Source: Candidatus Parcubacteria bacterium (lineage in GTDB: Bacteria > Patescibacteriota > Saccharimonadia > UBA4664 > JBIOIQ01). From it: a stretch of DNA of 64,000 nt. How positions within the stretch are numbered: the first letter of the stretch is position 1; every line of letters starts with the position of its first letter. Of this stretch, positions 49,407 to 59,971 are shown piece after piece. A program made the translations under genes and the position numbers. The notes under the pieces were generated by a model, which worked only from the letters and a program-made list of their open reading frames with translations, was not told where the DNA came from and searched no databases. Location of the stretch: contig OY970378.1 in the NCBI GenBank assembly GCA_963718875.1, forward strand, positions 4,396-68,395, given 5' to 3'.

Positions 49407-49708
49407 GTGTTAAAGGATAGCATAAGTAGCTTAGTTGAGGCTTGGGATTGCACAAAGTGCCCAAATATACTTTAGTTGTGCATATGGGTTTAGGAGGGTA
49501 CTTCTAAACCTTGTTCTGTCTAACTCGGACCATACTGGAGGCAAGGCATGAGCAGGATCAGCGAGATTAAGGCATGTGAACGGAACATCAGCCGTACCAA
49601 CCCAGATCACGGTGACCGCCCTCTTTTCTTTTATTAAGCCATGAAGGTAATGTCTCAACTGGTTTTTCTTTGCAACAAACGGTCAAACCACTTATTATAC
49701 GTATAATA

Positions 49709-50233
49709 ATGGCTAGACGAAAAAGCGGTCTGCAAAGGCGGCTCAAATACATGAGGTCTTGGCTAAGGCATCCGAGTGTCTTGTTTTTCGTGATATTTCT
49801 AATGATGTTCTTTGTTCTAACGTTGGGATTGTCATTGCCATGTGGTCGTGGCGGCGTACCGATACACGGCATATGTAGTAACGGCGCCCCTCTTATGACG
49901 CCACAATCCTTACTTGTACTAGGGTTATTAATTGGGGTTTTTGTTTCATTACTAGCTATGATAATAGGGCCCCATGATGGCAAATGGAGTACTGTTAGAG
50001 TAGTGCAAGATTTTGTAAGTGAGCGTCGCTTGCGCGGAAAGAGGCCGTTCACCTATGTATTATTCTTAATGACATACATTTTCTTGGCATTAATAACATA
50101 TTTCTTTTTCAATCAAAATGCTGGGTTGCGATGGTATAACTATGTTGCGCAGTATGTAGTGGTTTTACCAATCTTTGCTTCATATATTTCGCATTTGTTT
50201 ACAAAAAAGTATGCTAAATCTAGTAAAAAGTGA
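49709..50233 (+). CDS. Hypothetical membrane protein
   Basis: Four hydrophobic segments. Confidence 0.65.
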   Translation: MARRKSGLQRRLKYMRSWLRHPSVLFFVIFLMMFFVLTLGLSLPCGRGGVPIHGICSNGAPLMTPQSLLVLGLLIGVFVSLLAMIIGPHDGKWSTVRVVQDFVSERRLRGKRPFTYVLFLMTYIFLALITYFFFNQNAGLRWYNYVAQYVVVLPIFASYISHLFTKKYAKSSKK

Positions 50234-50250
50234 TGATAGGAGCCTGACTG

Positions 50251-51666
50251 ATGCAGAAAACCAACAAAAATACGACCAATACCAACTTAAACAGACTGCA
50301 CCCAAAGCCCAAGGGTTCATCTGAGACGCATAAGGGAATACAAGCTTACGCGGTTGAAAAAGGCCAGCGATTCTATAAAAAAGTCTGGATCGAAATTACA
50401 TCAAAAGAAATAATTGTTAGCAGCAAGAACGGGCTTGAGCAGCTCTTTAGAGCACCTCTTGAAAAACTCATAATTGGGAATGATTTCGCGACAATAAGTT
50501 CTCAATCCAGCCACATAAGAAGTACCGTGATAAAAAGCTCTACCGACCAAATACATTTACGGTTCGTTAACTCCTATTATGCAGCTTTTTTGCTAATAGG
50601 TTTGATTTTCCTATACTTTGCTATTCTTTCGATACTGCGTATTAACCCATTTGGGCTGACGGCTGTATTCCCTTTTACACTTGTCATAGTGCCCGCAATG
50701 TTCAGGTATATTAACAAGTTGAATAAAACTCGTAAGAACTTTGAAAGTTTTGCTGATGCGATTGAACAAGCTATGGCTTCTGCCAAGATACAATTTGCTG
50801 CAGAAGGTAATGAAATAGCTGCAATAGTTAGTGAAGGCGCTGAACGTCAAATTAATGCCGAGCGCAGGGCACACATAGGGCTAGCCTTTCCAATTGCTGG
50901 GATCATGTTTTTTTTCGGGCTAATTTCAATCTGGGCTACAGCAAGAGTCATCACAGCGCGGTTTTTAAGTGATTATATAAGCGTTATTTTTTCTCTGGTC
51001 ACAGCGGTTATAATTACATCTCTAGGTTTTTGGTCATACTTTAAAACTGTCAAAAGTGCCGCAAACCGGCATCAATCTGACTCGATGGAGGCAATAAAAG
51101 ATCGGCTGTTATCAGACGAGGAGCTAGCGAAGCTTAGACTAAGTGGATGGGAACTGATCCAAGCAGGTTGGAAACAAATACTATATTTTGTGATAATTCC
51201 ATTCTCAATCATGCTCCCCTCGATTTTTATATTTGAGCCTAAAATAGATATTGCCAAAAGCCGAGAAGTCAGTCATCAATTTGTAGCTGCACTTCAAAAT
51301 GAAGATTACATTAATGCACGCAAATATATGTGTAAAAATGTGAAAGAAGATGTGTCTGTCTTTTATCAAAACATCAAAACAATTGGTGAAGATAGTTTTG
51401 AATCCCTTCAAAACTTTAGATATGTGTCGATGAACCCTTTAAGTCCTCAGTTAGTGCAGTTCGTCTATAAAAATCCTAGATACCCTAAGCTTTCGTTTGA
51501 TACAGTCGTTGGTCTGGAAAACAAAACTACCTGTGTGAACTTTGCGGTTTTACCCCTGGGATTTGCGTCTGTTGATATTGGAAAAACCGATCATGATTAT
51601 CTTAGAGAGCCCGGGATTGATGAGCCGCGGAAGCCGCGTGCCGACTTGCCTCAACAAGGTAAATAA
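50251..51666 (+). CDS. Hypothetical multi-TM protein
   Basis: 471-aa ORF, AGGAG SD, several TMs. Confidence 0.75.
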   Translation: MQKTNKNTTNTNLNRLHPKPKGSSETHKGIQAYAVEKGQRFYKKVWIEITSKEIIVSSKNGLEQLFRAPLEKLIIGNDFATISSQSSHIRSTVIKSSTDQIHLRFVNSYYAAFLLIGLIFLYFAILSILRINPFGLTAVFPFTLVIVPAMFRYINKLNKTRKNFESFADAIEQAMASAKIQFAAEGNEIAAIVSEGAERQINAERRAHIGLAFPIAGIMFFFGLISIWATARVITARFLSDYISVIFSLVTAVIITSLGFWSYFKTVKSAANRHQSDSMEAIKDRLLSDEELAKLRLSGWELIQAGWKQILYFVIIPFSIMLPSIFIFEPKIDIAKSREVSHQFVAALQNEDYINARKYMCKNVKEDVSVFYQNIKTIGEDSFESLQNFRYVSMNPLSPQLVQFVYKNPRYPKLSFDTVVGLENKTTCVNFAVLPLGFASVDIGKTDHDYLREPGIDEPRKPRADLPQQGK

Positions 51667-51881
51667 TTATCATTTTTCTGTCACGATTCAATTATGTGGG
51701 GTAAATTTACATAGCCTCAAAGAACCGGCTTGAACATTCGTACAAAGTTCTTAAAAACTTGATAAAATAGATTATGATCATGGAACTGCTACCGGCGTGG
51801 TGCGTGCCTTTTACTGGGTCGGCTGCATGCATCGGCTGAAATTAAAACGTATTTAGCAGTGTTAATGTAAGGAGTGGCGAG

Positions 51882-52340
51882 ATGAAAATAATAACACCTA
51901 ATCTATGGTTTGATGGCAATGCTGAGGAAGCAGTGGATTTTTACGTATCGGTGTTCCCGGACAGCAAGGTGATTTCAACAAGCAATTATCCAATGAGTGC
52001 CGAAGAAGGTTTGGCTGACTTCCAGTTAGAAATGGCTGGTAAAATTTTGACTGTTGAATTCGAGCTTAGCGGCAATCGTTTCATGGCAATTAACGCCGAC
52101 TCAACCTTCAGGTTCAGCGAAGCAGTATCCTTTTCAATCCCCTGCGATGGCCAAGAAGAGATTGATTACTACTGGGAAAAGCTTTCGAAGGTTTCAGAAT
52201 CCGAGCAATGCGGCTGGTGCAAAGACCAGTTTGGACTGAGTTGGCAGATTGTACCGAAAAACATAGAAGAGCTTATAAAAAAGCCTGGGGCATTCGCTAA
52301 GATGATGCAGATGAAAAAACTGGTTATAGCTGACTTTTAA
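51882..52340 (+). CDS. VOC/PhnB-family protein
   Basis: ITPNLWFDGNAEEA, EIDYYWEKLS, CGWCKDQFGLSWQIVP. Confidence 0.93.
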   Translation: MKIITPNLWFDGNAEEAVDFYVSVFPDSKVISTSNYPMSAEEGLADFQLEMAGKILTVEFELSGNRFMAINADSTFRFSEAVSFSIPCDGQEEIDYYWEKLSKVSESEQCGWCKDQFGLSWQIVPKNIEELIKKPGAFAKMMQMKKLVIADF

Positions 52341-52435
52341 AGTTGGCTTAAAAGGCAAAGAAGCAGGGCCGTGGCCGTAAAGTTCCCGCCCACTTCGTTT
52401 GGTTAAGACTACGGCTTTTGTGCTACATTTAACTT

Positions 52436-53107
52436 ATGAACCTCAAGATGAATTCTAATCTAGCTTCTAATCAATTTGCCGCCAACAAAAGACCGCGCAA
52501 CTTACAGGTGTTTGCCTGGGCTTTAGGCACCTTCGTCAGCGGATTGGCTTTAGTTGCTTGGGGGCGTGAATATAATTGGGCTTTACTTCCTATAAATGCT
52601 TATCAATTATTCCCTTTACTCGGCCTGTTGGCATTTAGCATTATGTGGTCGCACTATATTACCGGAACTATTCGTGAGCTGTTGAATATTAACAAGTCTG
52701 TGCTGTCCAAATACTTCCGGCTTACAAGCTATGTGGTATTGATTTTAATTTTATTACACCCAGGTCTTTTCATATACCAGCGCTTTCGAGACGGATACGG
52801 CTTGCCGCCTGGAAGCTATGAATCTTATGTTGCCCCGGGTCTTGGATGGGTTACCTTGTTGGGCACTGTTAGCTTACTAGTATTCATAGCTTTTGAATTT
52901 CATCGGTTGTACGGCAAGCGTTCCTGGTGGCAATACGTTGCAGATGCAAGCGACTTTGCTATGCTTGCCATCCTATATCATGGACTGCGGTTGGGCGGAC
53001 AGCTACAACAGGGCTGGTTCCGGTACGTTTGGTTGTTTTATGGTGTTAGCTTGGTGGCGGTATTAGTAAGAAAATACATGTTGAGGATAAAGAATGCCAA
53101 GCTATAA
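52436..53107 (+). CDS. Ferric reductase-like transmembrane protein
   Basis: GLLAFSIMW, LLHP, ILYHG; 6 TMs. Confidence 0.65.
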   Translation: MNLKMNSNLASNQFAANKRPRNLQVFAWALGTFVSGLALVAWGREYNWALLPINAYQLFPLLGLLAFSIMWSHYITGTIRELLNINKSVLSKYFRLTSYVVLILILLHPGLFIYQRFRDGYGLPPGSYESYVAPGLGWVTLLGTVSLLVFIAFEFHRLYGKRSWWQYVADASDFAMLAILYHGLRLGGQLQQGWFRYVWLFYGVSLVAVLVRKYMLRIKNAKL

Positions 53108-53266
53108 TCCACTCGCCCGTGTGGGATTATAAGACCAGGCATCTCGCACAAAGACTAGACTGTATAGAATTTTTACTTCTTGGCCTTCATAAAGCCAGGG
53201 AAGCGCTTAGTTGCACATAATTACTAAAGATAACTAGTTAAATATGATGTAGAATGGCATCTTATT

Positions 53267-53818
53267 TTGGAGAAAAAGATGATTAAAGAGTCGGCACAAC
53301 TTAATAGCTTTGCCATCGATACGAGGGAAGATCTTGTTATTAATGCCATTGAAATATTTGACACTATCAAGCAGTCGCTTATGGTGCTGAATAAAGATTT
53401 GAGTGTGGTTATGGCAAATGCCGCGTTCTACAAAACATTTAATGTTACTCGCGAAGAGACTGAAGGAAATCGCATATATGATATTGGTAATGGCCAGTGG
53501 AATATAGACAAGTTAAAAATACTTTTAGAAAAAATTATTCCTCAAAGTAAAGCCGTAGATGATTACGAGGTGAGTCATAATTTTGACAGTATTGGCGAAA
53601 AGGTAATGCTGTTAAACGCTCGTGAAATTGTTCGTCAAGATAATAGGAAAGAAGTGATCTTGTTAGCGATTGAGGACATAACACACAGCAAACGGATTGA
53701 GAAAGAGGCAAAAGAGGCCGAGTCTCATATTAATTCAATTCTGGAAAATCTTGTGGGGTCGGCCGTGCGAAATACTGGCGGGACTGCGCCCCAACCCGCT
53801 TCAAAGAGAAAACTATGA
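53267..53818 (+). CDS. Stand-alone PAS domain protein
   Basis: ANAAFYKTF...GNGQWNI...MLLNAR...ILLAIEDIT. Confidence 0.85.
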   Translation: MEKKMIKESAQLNSFAIDTREDLVINAIEIFDTIKQSLMVLNKDLSVVMANAAFYKTFNVTREETEGNRIYDIGNGQWNIDKLKILLEKIIPQSKAVDDYEVSHNFDSIGEKVMLLNAREIVRQDNRKEVILLAIEDITHSKRIEKEAKEAESHINSILENLVGSAVRNTGGTAPQPASKRKL

Positions 53819-53957
53819 CGTACTACTTGGGGTGAAAATTGGACCTAAAAGAGCTTGAAGCAGCATTTGAAGGGGTTAAAATATCTAACTCATAACTCTT
53901 CAATGGATAGGTTGAGATTTGATTCTTGTAACTTGGCAAAGTTTGCAAATTAATCAA

Positions 53958-53977
53958 TAATTGCGACTAATTTGCAA
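53958..53977. promoter_or_regulatory. Candidate Zur box upstream of ZIP transporter
   Basis: taattgcgactaatttgcaa, within a larger tttgcaaatta...taatttgcaaa palindrome. Confidence 0.6.
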
Positions 53978-54007
53978 AAACATCTGGGCTTAGGTAGTAT
54001 GGGCGAC

Positions 54008-54757
54008 ATGGCAAACTACACTCATGTTATTTTTTTCTCGTTGGTTGGTGGTCTTTTTTCACTAGTTGGTGGCATCTTGCTACTACAACAAAAGTCGATT
54101 GCAAATAAATTGGCGCAGTATGCGGCGCCGTTTGCAGCAGGGGCGCTACTATCGGCGGTATTTCTAGACTTACTTAAAGAAGGCATTGCCGAAGCTGATC
54201 CGAATCAAGTTTTACTTTCGGCTTTGGTGGGCATAATAATCTTTTTTTGGGCTGAGCGTTACTTACGATGGTTCCATCATCACCACCAGCACGAAGGAGA
54301 AGTAGACCCTGCAGTACCACTCATAATAGTCGGTGATGCCCTACATAATGCTATAGACGGGGTAGTTATTGCAGCAGCTTTTTTAGTGGACGTCCAGGCG
54401 GGTATTGTAACCACCTTGGCCGTGGCTGCCCACGAAATTCCTCAAGAAATTGGCGACTTTGGCTTGTTGCTCAGCAAGGGCTTGTCGCGCGGCAGAGTAT
54501 TGTTGGTTAATGTACTTAGTGCGCTAGCAACAACTGTTATGGCTGTGGCAACGTTTGCCCTAGGCAGCGCAGAAAAATTACCAACAGGAGTACTACTTGG
54601 AGTTAGTGCTGGATTTTTGCTTTACATAGCTACTAGCGACATAATCCCTGAGATCCATGCAAAAGCCCAACATAAGAAGCTCTTTGATGCCCAGCCTTTG
54701 CTCTTGGTCCTGGGAGCGATTACAGTTGGCATTGTTACCTCGCTTTTAGGAGTATGA
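54008..54757 (+). CDS. ZIP-family metal transporter
   Basis: FAAGALL, HHHHQH loop, HNAIDG, HEIPQEIGDF. Confidence 0.95.
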   Translation: MANYTHVIFFSLVGGLFSLVGGILLLQQKSIANKLAQYAAPFAAGALLSAVFLDLLKEGIAEADPNQVLLSALVGIIIFFWAERYLRWFHHHHQHEGEVDPAVPLIIVGDALHNAIDGVVIAAAFLVDVQAGIVTTLAVAAHEIPQEIGDFGLLLSKGLSRGRVLLVNVLSALATTVMAVATFALGSAEKLPTGVLLGVSAGFLLYIATSDIIPEIHAKAQHKKLFDAQPLLLVLGAITVGIVTSLLGV

Positions 54758-54807
54758 CCAATATGAAACTGATAGTTCGTTAATCTTTTCATTTCACCTC
54801 TGGGTTA

Positions 54808-55848
54808 TCAAGATGGGGGTGTAATAAATCTCATAACAATAGCCGACATTTGGTCTGGTGGTATGCCACTCCCTGCTTCGCGAGGGCTCCCTCCGATGGT
54901 GTCCCCCCCTCCCCATCGATCTTCGCCGCTAAAGCCTTCTAACTCGTTAAGGTATTCGTAAAGCCCAACAATATCAAAAGGAACATAAGGCGAAAGTCGA
55001 CCAACACTATATCGGTATCTGCCGTCTGGAAGTTCGGTAACGCTGGTAAAGGCTTGGATACCATCAGATAACATACCGACTTTAGCGTGCTTGCCAGACT
55101 CACGTACCATGCTCCAAATACCATTCTGCTCAAGCAAGTCATATCTTGCATCTAACTCTATAGACGAACCACGACCAGTTATATGCTGTTCTATTCGTTC
55201 ACCCACCTCATCGATGACAGCTAGGTATTCGCCAGCGTCCATACGTGTAAGGCCGCCCGTATTACGAAAATTGTGATAAGGTTCGAAAACCCAAAAAAAT
55301 TCCGGTAAACTAGTGTAACTTTGGGGCCATGGATAAAATCCCCCCGTTACATCCATGATACCCTCCATCTCAACCAATCTATTCAAAGCCGGGTTGTCTA
55401 TTCGGGCAGCAAATTCGGGGTGTCGTAATAAAAAAACAGTTGTGCAGACGTCTTCGTCGCAATCATTTATGAAAACTTGAGCCTGAAATTCGCCATTAAC
55501 TTCCAGAAACGAATCAAGCCCCCGCCTAAGCTCAAACAAGGCTTGTTGACATGTAGCCAGAGTAGACGACCGATCGACTCGTTCATGATGATTGAGATTG
55601 ATAACTTTTCGGTCTAGATCCCGCTGGATCGGCCCTTCAACATAGCCGTCTATGGCAATGGAGTTGGGCTGAGCGTTGGCTTGAAAATCCTCCCACTGAA
55701 CAGTGCGTCCTGGTTCAATACTAAGCTCAACCCTGGATGATAAACTACTCTGGATTTCAATCGGATCTGCATAGGGTATACCGCCCTCTCGAGTTTTGGC
55801 ATGCTCATCTATGGATGGTGAGTCAGGTTGGTCATACATAATCCACAT
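54808..55848 (-). CDS. Hypothetical DHH-like phosphoesterase-fold protein
   Basis: IDG, NHHE, NDCDED, WGGG..IGGSPR. Confidence 0.6.
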   Translation of the reverse strand: MWIMYDQPDSPSIDEHAKTREGGIPYADPIEIQSSLSSRVELSIEPGRTVQWEDFQANAQPNSIAIDGYVEGPIQRDLDRKVINLNHHERVDRSSTLATCQQALFELRRGLDSFLEVNGEFQAQVFINDCDEDVCTTVFLLRHPEFAARIDNPALNRLVEMEGIMDVTGGFYPWPQSYTSLPEFFWVFEPYHNFRNTGGLTRMDAGEYLAVIDEVGERIEQHITGRGSSIELDARYDLLEQNGIWSMVRESGKHAKVGMLSDGIQAFTSVTELPDGRYRYSVGRLSPYVPFDIVGLYEYLNELEGFSGEDRWGGGDTIGGSPREAGSGIPPDQMSAIVMRFITPPS

Positions 55849-55914
55849 ATTAACACTAAAGCGAGCCGATTGTCTTGATAGAGTCTACTCCCTTCGCATG
55901 CTAATATGTACAGC

Positions 55915-56337
55915 ATGGAAGTGTCCGCAAACATAGAAAAGAAGCTTGTAGTAGTTATCAATACTGATTTAGAAATTGGCTTAGTTGCAAACACGGCCGC
56001 CGTTTTGGCGCTCTCGCTAGGAGCTCGCCACCCTGAGTTGATAGGCAGTGACTTGCTTGATGGCAGCGGACAGCAACACCTTGGCATTACTACTGTAACA
56101 ATACCCATTTTGGCGGCAGATGGTTCCACCTTGACTGGGCTGGTCCAAAAACTTAAAAAAACTGATGTTGAGCTGGTTAGCTTTAGTAAGATTGCTCAAT
56201 CGATCCACAGTTATGATGAATATTCACAAAAGCTGCGGGAAACGCCAGGTGAAAAAATTGAGTATAGCGGCATTGCCCTTTTTGGCCCCAAGAAGGCAAT
56301 CAACTCACTTGTTGGTAGCTTGCCACGGTTGAAATGA
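55915..56337 (+). CDS. DUF2000-family protein
   Basis: DL..G..ANTAAVL...GIALFGPKKAINSLVGSLP. Confidence 0.85.
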   Translation: MEVSANIEKKLVVVINTDLEIGLVANTAAVLALSLGARHPELIGSDLLDGSGQQHLGITTVTIPILAADGSTLTGLVQKLKKTDVELVSFSKIAQSIHSYDEYSQKLRETPGEKIEYSGIALFGPKKAINSLVGSLPRLK

Positions 56338-56360
56338 AGTGAAGCCGCTATGATTTTAGC

Positions 56361-56999
56361 ATGACAACAAAACGATCACTCATAGCCATTGGACTAATCG
56401 CCGCCGTTTTGATAGCTGGTTTTACCCTAGCCAAAACCTCCTTGGGTAGGAATATTCGTCATGATGCCGAAGCGCTTACGGCGCATCTTAGCGGAACAAC
56501 TCGCACACCGTTCCCGAACCTAGAAAACCAGGCGTTAACGCCGTTGCAGGCAAACTTAGTTGAAACACTCAAAAAAGAGTATGTTAGTCATCCCGTAAGC
56601 TATGACGCCGTGGTTTTAAAATATTCGGAAGGGCATAAGGAAGCCTGGTGTGCCGACTTTATAAGCTGGGTTATGCGCGAATCGGGAAGCCCACTAGTAA
56701 ATCCTAATTCGTCTCACTGGCGAATTCCCGGGGTGCTGACCTTGCAACAGTATTACCAAGCCACTGGACGCTACCAAAAAGCTAGTGAATATACACCCAA
56801 GCTCGGTGATGTAGCCATATACGTAGGGAAAAACTTTTATGGCGGCAGTCGTGAGCATGCCAATATTGTTTTAAAGGTCGAGGGAGGTGTCATGACTACA
56901 ATTGGTGGCAACGAACGAGGCAATTTACGTATAAATCGGACCAAAATTATGGTCAATGAAAGCGGCTTGGTTGGTTTTGGAATAGCAGAAAAAGGTTAA
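56361..56999 (+). CDS. CHAP-domain peptidoglycan hydrolase
   Basis: WCADFISWV and HANIV catalytic motifs; N-terminal TM. Confidence 0.88.
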   Translation: MTTKRSLIAIGLIAAVLIAGFTLAKTSLGRNIRHDAEALTAHLSGTTRTPFPNLENQALTPLQANLVETLKKEYVSHPVSYDAVVLKYSEGHKEAWCADFISWVMRESGSPLVNPNSSHWRIPGVLTLQQYYQATGRYQKASEYTPKLGDVAIYVGKNFYGGSREHANIVLKVEGGVMTTIGGNERGNLRINRTKIMVNESGLVGFGIAEKG

Positions 57000-57724
57000 T
57001 TAAAAAGCTGCTGTTCGAACTTAGAAACGGGATCGTACCAGCCTTGACCAATAACATAGGCCTGCAATTGTTTATCTAGACCAAAAAAGACTGTAATTCC
57101 AGTGATAATGAATAAAATCCCAATAGTGCGCATAAACCAGCCGTGGGGATTACTCAGCCAAGCGAGTTTGTTGGCCAAAGATTGTCCAGCCACGCTAATT
57201 AATAGCAATGTCAGCGCCAAGCCCAATGAGTAGGCAACTAAGTACAGTAGGCCAAGAGCAAAAGATTTTGGCAATATTGCTGCCACTATTAACGCGTAGG
57301 TTGGGCTACAACTACTAAAAACTGGCCCGAGTGAGGCTCCTATCAAAACGTCTCGCGAGTAACCCTTTTTTGAGTAGGATTTACCTAAAAGGGCATTGGC
57401 TTTTATGCCAAATTTAAACCTAGCCGCAAGACTCTCCCAAGCAGACGGAAAAACAAGACTACAACCAAGGAGTAACAAAATAATGGCCGACAGGCTGTTC
57501 CAGACTGCGGTAGACACCCCCAACAGCGATGTAGTGGCTTTAAGTAGAAGTGTAAATATGGTTATCGAGGCCGCCAGACTGCCGGCAATTATAATGGGTT
57601 TAAACCAATTGGCTTTATGGTCGCCCGCAATCGATCCGCCAACAATTATGGGTAGCAGGGGTAAAACGCATGGCGCCATGACTGTCAAAACGCCGGCTAG
57701 GAAAGAGACAATAAGTAATGTCAC
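56996..57724 (-). CDS. CcdA/DsbD-family transmembrane protein
   Basis: APCVLPLLP and FSSCSP. Confidence 0.9.
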   Translation of the reverse strand: MTLLIVSFLAGVLTVMAPCVLPLLPIIVGGSIAGDHKANWFKPIIIAGSLAASITIFTLLLKATTSLLGVSTAVWNSLSAIILLLLGCSLVFPSAWESLAARFKFGIKANALLGKSYSKKGYSRDVLIGASLGPVFSSCSPTYALIVAAILPKSFALGLLYLVAYSLGLALTLLLISVAGQSLANKLAWLSNPHGWFMRTIGILFIITGITVFFGLDKQLQAYVIGQGWYDPVSKFEQQLFN

Positions 57725-58210
57725 GGCAATAGCTGGGATGTTACGGAAGCTAGCGTCGGCTCATTATAGGCTACGTACTTACTCACAAAGTCACCGTTAT
57801 GATCGACCTTGACTAAGGTTGTTTGAATGGTAACTCCATATTTTTGGCGCAAGGCTTGGTTTGAATCGTAGTCGACTTTAAAGATGGTAACGTTGTCCGG
57901 TAGAGTCTTGGTTTTGATGTCTGCCTCTAGAGCCCGACACTGTGGGCACCAAGGGGCGTAAAAAAACAATATTTTGGTGCCTGGTGTGGAAGCAAGGCTT
58001 TGGGATGAGAAACTGACATACTTTCCTGGCTGACTTTTACCCGACCTCCGAAGGGCTTGGGCTTGTGGCGGAAGTACTGGATTTTGGACTTTCTGGTTGG
58101 GCAATCGGTGTCACTATCTGCGCCATTTTGGGGCGCGTGAGCATTGTGTAGGCAAAGGCCGTGCCAATTAGGGCTAAGATGGCGATTATAATAATAGGTT
58201 TTCGGTTCAT
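57721..58210 (-). pseudogene. Membrane-anchored thioredoxin split by a 1-nt frameshift near 58040
   Basis: TM leader MNRKPIII... in one frame; WCPQC domain in the next. Confidence 0.75.
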
Positions 58211-58306
58211 AATGACCATTATACTGCCAATGAGGCTAAGGTGGCACAAGAACTTGAGTTGGCTGCGGATAAGACGGACTAATTTTAATACGGTATAGTT
58301 ATAACT

Positions 58307-59642
58307 ATGCAAACCGATTTACGACCCCGGCACCAAAAACAATTGCGCGAGCTAGCGACCAGCCTGGCGGGTAATAGCCAGCGACTGTTGATAAAAAAGA
58401 AGACTATTTCAAACTTGTTTCGTTACGACGGTCGATCGGACTTAAATGGTCGAGAGGTGGACCTAAGTCAGTTCAACCAGCCATTATACCTTGACCCAGG
58501 GGCGCAGACGCTTGAAGTTCAAGGCCTAACTACTTATCAAAGTATTGTTGATTTTGTACTCCCCCACGGTTTTTTGCCTACAATTACGCCAGAACTTAAA
58601 CACATCACTGTTGGCGGAGCGACCGTTGGGATTGGAATTGAGACTAACAGTTTTCGTTATGGTTTTGTTCACAATAGCTTGTTGGAAGCGGACGTGTTGT
58701 TGCCGACAGGCGAAGTAGTTACTTGCACGCCTACAAATGATTACGCCGACTTGTTTTTTGGTTTAGCTAATTCATACGGGACTCTTGGGTACATTTTGCG
58801 AGCTAAAATTCAACTACGACCGGCACTACCGTTTGTGCGTCTACGCACAGAGAGGTTTAATTCTGTTTCCGCATATCTTGGTACCATGAAAACAGCGGCG
58901 TGCAGAGTCAAAAAACGACTATGTCGAAGGGCTCGCCTACAAGTCAGAAGAGCTGTACCTTACAACCGGTCGAGAAGTGAGTTCGGCCGACAAGTTGACC
59001 AGCATATATGGAAAGACGGTTTTTTATAAAGAGGTTAGCCGGCCAGGAGAGTTGTGGCTTAATACCAAGGATTATTTATTCCGCTATGATCCAGAGTGGT
59101 TTTGGAACATGCCAGAATCACCTGTGATTAACCTGTTTAGAAAATTGGCTCCCAAAAGCCTGCGTAACTCGGCTTTTTATGCCCGCTATAGCTCAATGAA
59201 ACTGCCTTTTGTGGCGAATGAAGATCCGGCTTATGAAAAACTGATCCAAGATTGGGAAGTACCGTGGAAACACTCTGAGGCGCTTTTAAGTTTTGTGTTG
59301 GGTTCGGTTGATTTGGCCGAGAAACCTTTGATGGTGGCCCCTCTTCAAGTGCCAGCTAGTGTTACTAACTATCCAATGAAACCAAACGAGCTTTATCTGA
59401 ACTTAGGCAGCTACAGTTTTGTAAAAAAACTAGATAATAAGCCGTTGTATTACCACACCATGGCAATTGATGAATTTTGTTTTTCACACCAGGGCATCAA
59501 AATGCTTTATTCAACTACATTCATGAAAGAAGCAGCTTTTAACGATATATATGGAGGCAAAGAGTACAAGGTTTTAAAACAAAAATATGACCCGCAAGGA
59601 TCGAGTCCGACTTTGTATGAAAAGGCGGTTAGAGCAAGCTAA
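58307..59642 (+). pseudogene. FAD-binding oxidoreductase (DHCR24/TmsA-like), frameshifted near 58900
   Basis: ITVGGATVGIGIETNSF, NSYGTLG; second frame DYVEGL...DYLFRYDPEWFW...KQKYDP. Confidence 0.8.
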
Positions 59643-59706
59643 ACGCTAGAAGTCACAACTGCACCAAATGTCATATAAGCCCGTGAATCCGAAGCCTCCT
59701 ATTACT

Positions 59707-59864
59707 GTCATTCCATATAGGAAGCCAAGCTCATCTATTGCCTAGCTTGGCGTTCCTGATAGGGAATCTAGAACGAAAAACTTTTCTTTTCTGGATCCCC
59801 GATCAGAAGCGGTCGTTGTCATCTGAGCACCAGTACTTTAAAAGACCTTTCTATCGAGGATGAC
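59707..59864. repeat. Full GTCATTCC...GGATGAC REP-like element
   Basis: Backbone shared with 61765-61929 (inverted) and 41862-41926. Confidence 0.85.
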
Positions 59865-59971
59865 AAAAGTAGTTTATGGAAATGAGTGCGGCATTCGCGT
59901 TCATAACGTAAAACCTTAAATGTAGTCAAGAGGTTTGTCTTTTTCCGTTCAGCGGTGATAAAATCCTAAGC

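Noticed and set aside
46134-53107. Integron cassette array (run of short co-oriented orphan genes)
   Set aside because: No repeated attC-like sites and no integrase; genes have their own leaderless promoters.
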